A DNA stretch of 64,000 bases, taken from positions 40,672,001 through 40,736,000 of the forward strand of contig OZ024752.1 of assembly GCA_964016885.1 (NCBI GenBank), given 5' to 3'. Below, piece by piece: positions 58,593 through 64,000 of the stretch. The stretch comes from Eledone cirrhosa (taxonomy: Eukaryota). Made by a program: the position numbers and the translations under genes. Below the pieces are notes generated by a model. It worked only from the letters and a program-made list of their open reading frames with translations, searched no databases and was not told the DNA's origin. Numbering within the stretch: position 1 is the first letter of the stretch; every line of letters starts with the position of its first letter.

Positions 58593-59712
58593 GGTTGGAA
58601 AATGCTGCAGACTCGACTACATAAGTGGTGGCCTGTTTCACCAAAAATATAGGATACTGAAGAATTTTTATATGTATTTATGTGTGCAAAGACAAGTCCG
58701 GAATGGGTTGGAAGATGCTGCAGACTCGACTACATAAGCGATGGCCTGTTTCACCAAAAATATAGGATACTGAAGAATTTTTATATGTATTTATGTGTGC
58801 AAAGACAAGTCCGGAATGGGTTGGAAGATGCTGCAGACTCGACTACATAAGCGATGGCCTGTTTCACCAAAAATATAGGATACTGAAGAATTTTTATATG
58901 TATTTATGTGTGCAAAGACAAGTCCGGAATGGGTTGGAAGATGCTGCAGACTCGACTACATAAGCGATGGCCTGTTTCACCAAAAATATAGGATACTGAA
59001 GAATTTTTATATGTATTTATGTGTGCAAAGACAAGTCCGGAATGGGTTGGAAGATGCTGCAGACTCGACTACATAAGCGATGGCCTGTTTCACCAAAAAT
59101 ATAGGATACTGAAGAATTTTTATATGTATTTATGTGTGCAAAGACAAGTCCGGAATGGGTTGGAAGATGCTGCAGACTCGACTACATAAGCGATGGCCTG
59201 TTTCACCAAAAATATAGGATACTGAAGAATTTTTATATGTATTTATGTGTGCAAAGACAAGTCCGGAATGGGTTGGAAGATGCTGCAGACTCGACTACAT
59301 AAGCGATGACCTGTTTCACCAAAAATATAGGATATTGAAGAATTTTTATATGTATTTATGTGTGCAAAGACAAGTCCGGAATGGGTTGGAAGATGCTGCA
59401 GACTCGACTACATAAGCGATGGCCTGTTTCACCAAAAATATAGGATATTGAAGAATTTTTATATGTATTTATGTGTGCAAAGACAAGTCCGGAATGGGTT
59501 GGAAGATGCTGCAGACTCGACTACATAAGCGATGGCCTGTTTCACCAAAAATATAGGATACTGAAGACATTTTATATGTATTTATGTGTGCAAAGACAAG
59601 TCCGGAGTGGGTTGGAAAATGCTGCAGACTCGACTACATAAGCGATGGCCTGTTTCACCAAAAATATAGGATAATGGAGAATTTTTATATGTATTTATGT
59701 GTGCAAAGACAA
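58593..59712. repeat. 113-bp tandem repeat, about 10 near-identical copies
   Basis: Units at 58593, 58706, 58819 and onward. Confidence 0.96.
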
Positions 59713-61411
59713 GAATATGGATAAGGTTATTGACAAGATTTCTATCAACTTACAAAAGTAACCCCCCTCTCGAAAATAGAACTGTCCAACATTAAACTGA
59801 GTGATAATTCACCCCTCCTTCTCGTTCTCATTCTCCCTCCACCACTGATGTTATTCTTTCCTAAAATCTCTGTCTCTCACCAACAACATTTCTTATACAC
59901 GTTTGGCGTGGCTGACATTTTACTGCCTCCAACCATTTTTCACTTATTTCTCAAGCCTGAGAGTAAAAAAAGAAATAAAGGCTTCAGTCCGAAACGTCGA
60001 AAATTCTCTCCCCAATGGCAAGAAATGAAGTTACACACATTACACCTCTCTCTCTCTCTCTCTTTCTCCCCCCTCACCCCCTCTCTCTTTCTTTCTCCCC
60101 CCAATCACCCCCCCCTCTCACACACACACACGCTATATTTTGATTAGAATGTTGTTCTATCAATCGAAACCGACGTAGTAATGATAGTTTACGAAGCGGT
60201 AACCCTTCCGTTTCTTTGCTAGAAACTACATTATATCGATCAGCTCCACCTATATATCTTTTTTATATTGTCCTTTTGTTTAAATCCCTTTCATTTAATA
60301 TCTAATAGAATGTTATACTTCACTGGTTCGCTTCCAGACGACAATGTTTTATCATCAAAAATCTAATCCAGACTACATTCCTGTAGTTATTAACTGTTGC
60401 CTGACCGTTAGAGCAATTGGTGTTAAAGATATCAGAGATTAAAATTATTTAGCTGCTTAATTAGTTTAACAAAATATAAAATAATTTTCATGTAATGATA
60501 TTGTATCACGTCAGTATATGACATTGAGCTTTGTTTAGTTATGTTTCTTTGTTTAATTGTCTATGTGTATGCGTGCATGTGGTTTAAAAAAAAATATATT
60601 TTGTCCTTTTTTTCTTTTTTTGCGTTTACGCACATTCAATATTATCATGCTAAAACCATGTTCGCTTGAATACACTTCAGCAAACATGGCTCGGGATTTT
60701 CTCAAAGATACAGCAAAAAAAAAAAAAATAATAATAATAATAATAGTAATAATAATAAAATAGATTGACACAGAAAATTGAGAATAAATTGAAAAATTAA
60801 AAAAATAAATATATATATAAATTCTCTAACAAGATCAATTATAAAATGGTCGAAATAAAAAAAAAAGTAGAAAGAGAAAATTATGAAGAAAACAGCATGA
60901 GAAAAATGACAATTATTTTATTAAAATGTTACAAAAGACGATAGCAACAGTTATGGCGATGTTTAAACGACATGTGATAGAAAGAGAGAATGTCTTCAAG
61001 AAACAACACGACTGAAGCAGTTATAAATATGGCAACACAACATTAAAAAACAATTACTAATGATTAGTTATGGGGATGAATATTGTTGCTGTTGTTGTTG
61101 CTGTTGTTGTTGTTGTTGTTATTTAAATTGTGGCAAGCGACAGAAAACAGACAGAATTAAATATCAGTTGCAAGCACCACACAAATCGAACAGAATTCAT
61201 TGCTATTTAAAACGAAAACAATTTTAAACACTATACTGCAAACTCGATATAAATGAATCAATGTTAAAAGATGGTTCTTGAAAACACGGCACACAATATA
61301 AGATTGGATTTTGATGTGGGCATTACTTCGAGACATAATTGAAGTGAAGTGGTTTGCTTTAAAATTGAAATTGCAAAACTGTTGTTGGCCGGCCGATTTT
61401 CCCATATAGGA

Positions 61412-64000
61412 ACACACACACACGCCAATACATACGCTCATAGACACCCCCCCCCACACACACGCCAATACATACGCTCATAGACACCCCCCCCCCCACA
61501 CACACGCCAATACATACGCTCATAGACACCCCCCACACACACACGCCAATACATACGCTCATAGACACCCCCCCACACACACACGCCAATACATACGCTC
61601 ATAGACACCCCCCCCCCCACACACACGCCAATACATACGCTCATAGACACCCCCCCCCCACACACACGCCAATACATACGCTCATAGACACCCCCCACAC
61701 ACACACGCCAATACATACGCTCATAGACACCCCCCCACACACACACGCCAATACATACGCTCATAGACACCCCCCCCACACACACGCCAATACATACGCT
61801 CATAGACACCCCCCCACACACACGCCAATACATACGCTCATAGACACCCCCCCCACACACACACGCCAATACATACACTCATAGACACCCCCATACACAC
61901 ACACACGCCAATACATACACTCATAGACACCCCCATACACACACACACGCCAATACATACGCTCATAGACACCCCCATGCACACACACACGCCAATACAT
62001 ACGCTCATAGACACCCCCATACACCAATACATACGCTCATAGACACCCCCATACACACACGCCAATACATACATACGCTCATAGACACCCCCACACACAC
62101 ACACGCCAATACATACGCTCATAGACACCCCCATACACACACACGCCAATACATACGCTCATAGACACCCCCATACACACACACGCCAATACATACGCTC
62201 ATAGACACCCCCATGCACACACACACGCCAATACATACGCTCATAGACACCCCCATACACACACGCCAATACATACGCTCATAGACACCCCCATACACAC
62301 ACACACGCCAATACATACGCTCATAGACACCCCCATACACACACACACGCCAATACATACGCTCATAGACACCCCCATGCACACACACACGCCAATACAT
62401 ACGCTCATAGACACCCCCCCCACACACACACGCCAATACATACGCTCATAGACACCCCCATACACACACACACGCCAATACATACGCTCATAGACACCCC
62501 CATACACACACACACGCCAATACATACGCTCATAGACACCCCCATACACACACACACGCCAATACATACGCTCATAGACACCCCCATACACACACACACG
62601 CCAATACATACGCTCATAGACACCCCCATACACACACGCCAATACATACGCTCATAGACACCCCCATACACACACGCCAATACATACGCTCATAGACACC
62701 CCCATGCACACACACACGCCAATACATACGCTCATAGACACCCCCATGCACACACACACGCCAATACATACGCTCATAGACACCCCCATACACACACACA
62801 CGCCAATACATACGCTCATAGACACCCCCATACACACACACACGCCAATACATACGCTCATAGACACCCCCATACACACACACACGCCAATACATACGCT
62901 CATAGACACCCCCATACACACACACACGCCAATACATACGCTCATAGACACCCCCATACACACACGCCAATACATACGCTCATAGACACCCCCATACACA
63001 CACACGCCAATACATACGCTCATAGACACCCCCATACACACACACACGCCAATACATACGCTCATAGACACCCCCATACACACACACACGCCAATACATA
63101 CGCTCATAGACACCCCCATACACACACACACGCCAATACATACGCTCATAGACACCCCCCCCACACACACACGCCAATACATACGCTCATAGACACCCCC
63201 ATACACACACACACGCCAATACATACGCTCATAGACACCCCCATACACACACACACGCCAATACATACGCTCATAGACACCCCCATACACACACGCCAAT
63301 ACATACGCTCATAGACACCCCCATACACACACACACGCCAATACATACGCTCATAGACACCCCCATACACACACGCCAATACATACGCTCATAGACACCC
63401 CCATACACACACGCCAATACATACGCTCATAGACACCCCCATACACACACACACGCCAATACATACGCTCATAGACACCCCCACACACACACACACGCCA
63501 ATACATACGCTCATAGACACCCCCACACACACACACACGCCAATACATACGCTCATAGACACCCCCACACACACACACACGCCAATACATACGCTCATAG
63601 ACACCCCCATACACACACACACGCCAATACATACGCTCATAGACACCCCCATACACACACGCCAATACATACGCTCATAGACACCCCCATACACACACAC
63701 ACGCCAATACATACGCTCATAGACACCCCCATACACACACACGCCAATACATACGCTCATAGACACCCCCATACACACACGCCAATACATACGCTCATAG
63801 ACACCCCCATACACACACACGCCAATACATACGCTCATAGACACCCCCATACACACACACACGCCAATACATACGCTCATAGACACCCCCATACACACAC
63901 ACACGCCAATACATACGCTCATAGACACCCCCATACACACACACGCCAATACATACGCTCATAGACACCCCCATGCACACACACACGCCAATACATACGC
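61412..64000. repeat. About 38-42 bp minisatellite (CA)n-CGCCAATACATACGCTCATAGACA-(C)n running off the window end
   Basis: Directly visible. Confidence 0.97.

Noticed and set aside
58593-59712. Possible hammerhead satellite or CRISPR-like array
   Set aside because: CTGAAGA is on the plus strand but GAAAC is on the minus strand, with no stems; there are no unique spacers.
61412-64000. CRISPR-like constant 24-mer with variable spacers
   Set aside because: Spacers are only length variants of (C)n/(CA)n; eukaryotic context with no cas genes.

Overview
Eukaryotic, very AT-rich, microsatellite-saturated DNA, mostly intronic or intergenic. It is most likely from an octopod cephalopod; this is inferred from the tRNA-derived SINE families and the extreme (TA)n/(CA)n/(TATG)n content. 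Almost all ORFs in the supplied track are translations of simple repeats. The recognisable content is: about 15 tRNA-SINE copies, fragments of RTE-clade and Tx1-like LINEs, small DNA-transposon MITEs, many mini- and macrosatellites (several born from TE pieces), and a few weak candidate exons. The strongest signal is a set of at least five sequence-unrelated families of short non-coding elements, each embedded in (TA)n tracts. They carry type-I hammerhead ribozyme folds, and four share one asymmetric foldback architecture: an inverted arm ending at a fixed point, plus a direct arm with a 70-95 nt extra tail. This resembles Penelope-like element pseudo-LTRs or retrozymes. One family shows compensatory A-U/G.U/G-C covariation in stem I, and another carries a U3-A8 core variant. 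Also notable: a foldback element with two inward-facing tRNA-like Pol III cassettes (2 copies), an (ATGT)n-associated retroposon with an HDV-ribozyme-like 5' end, and a 213-bp inverted duplication. All structures were folded by eye; no database searches were run.
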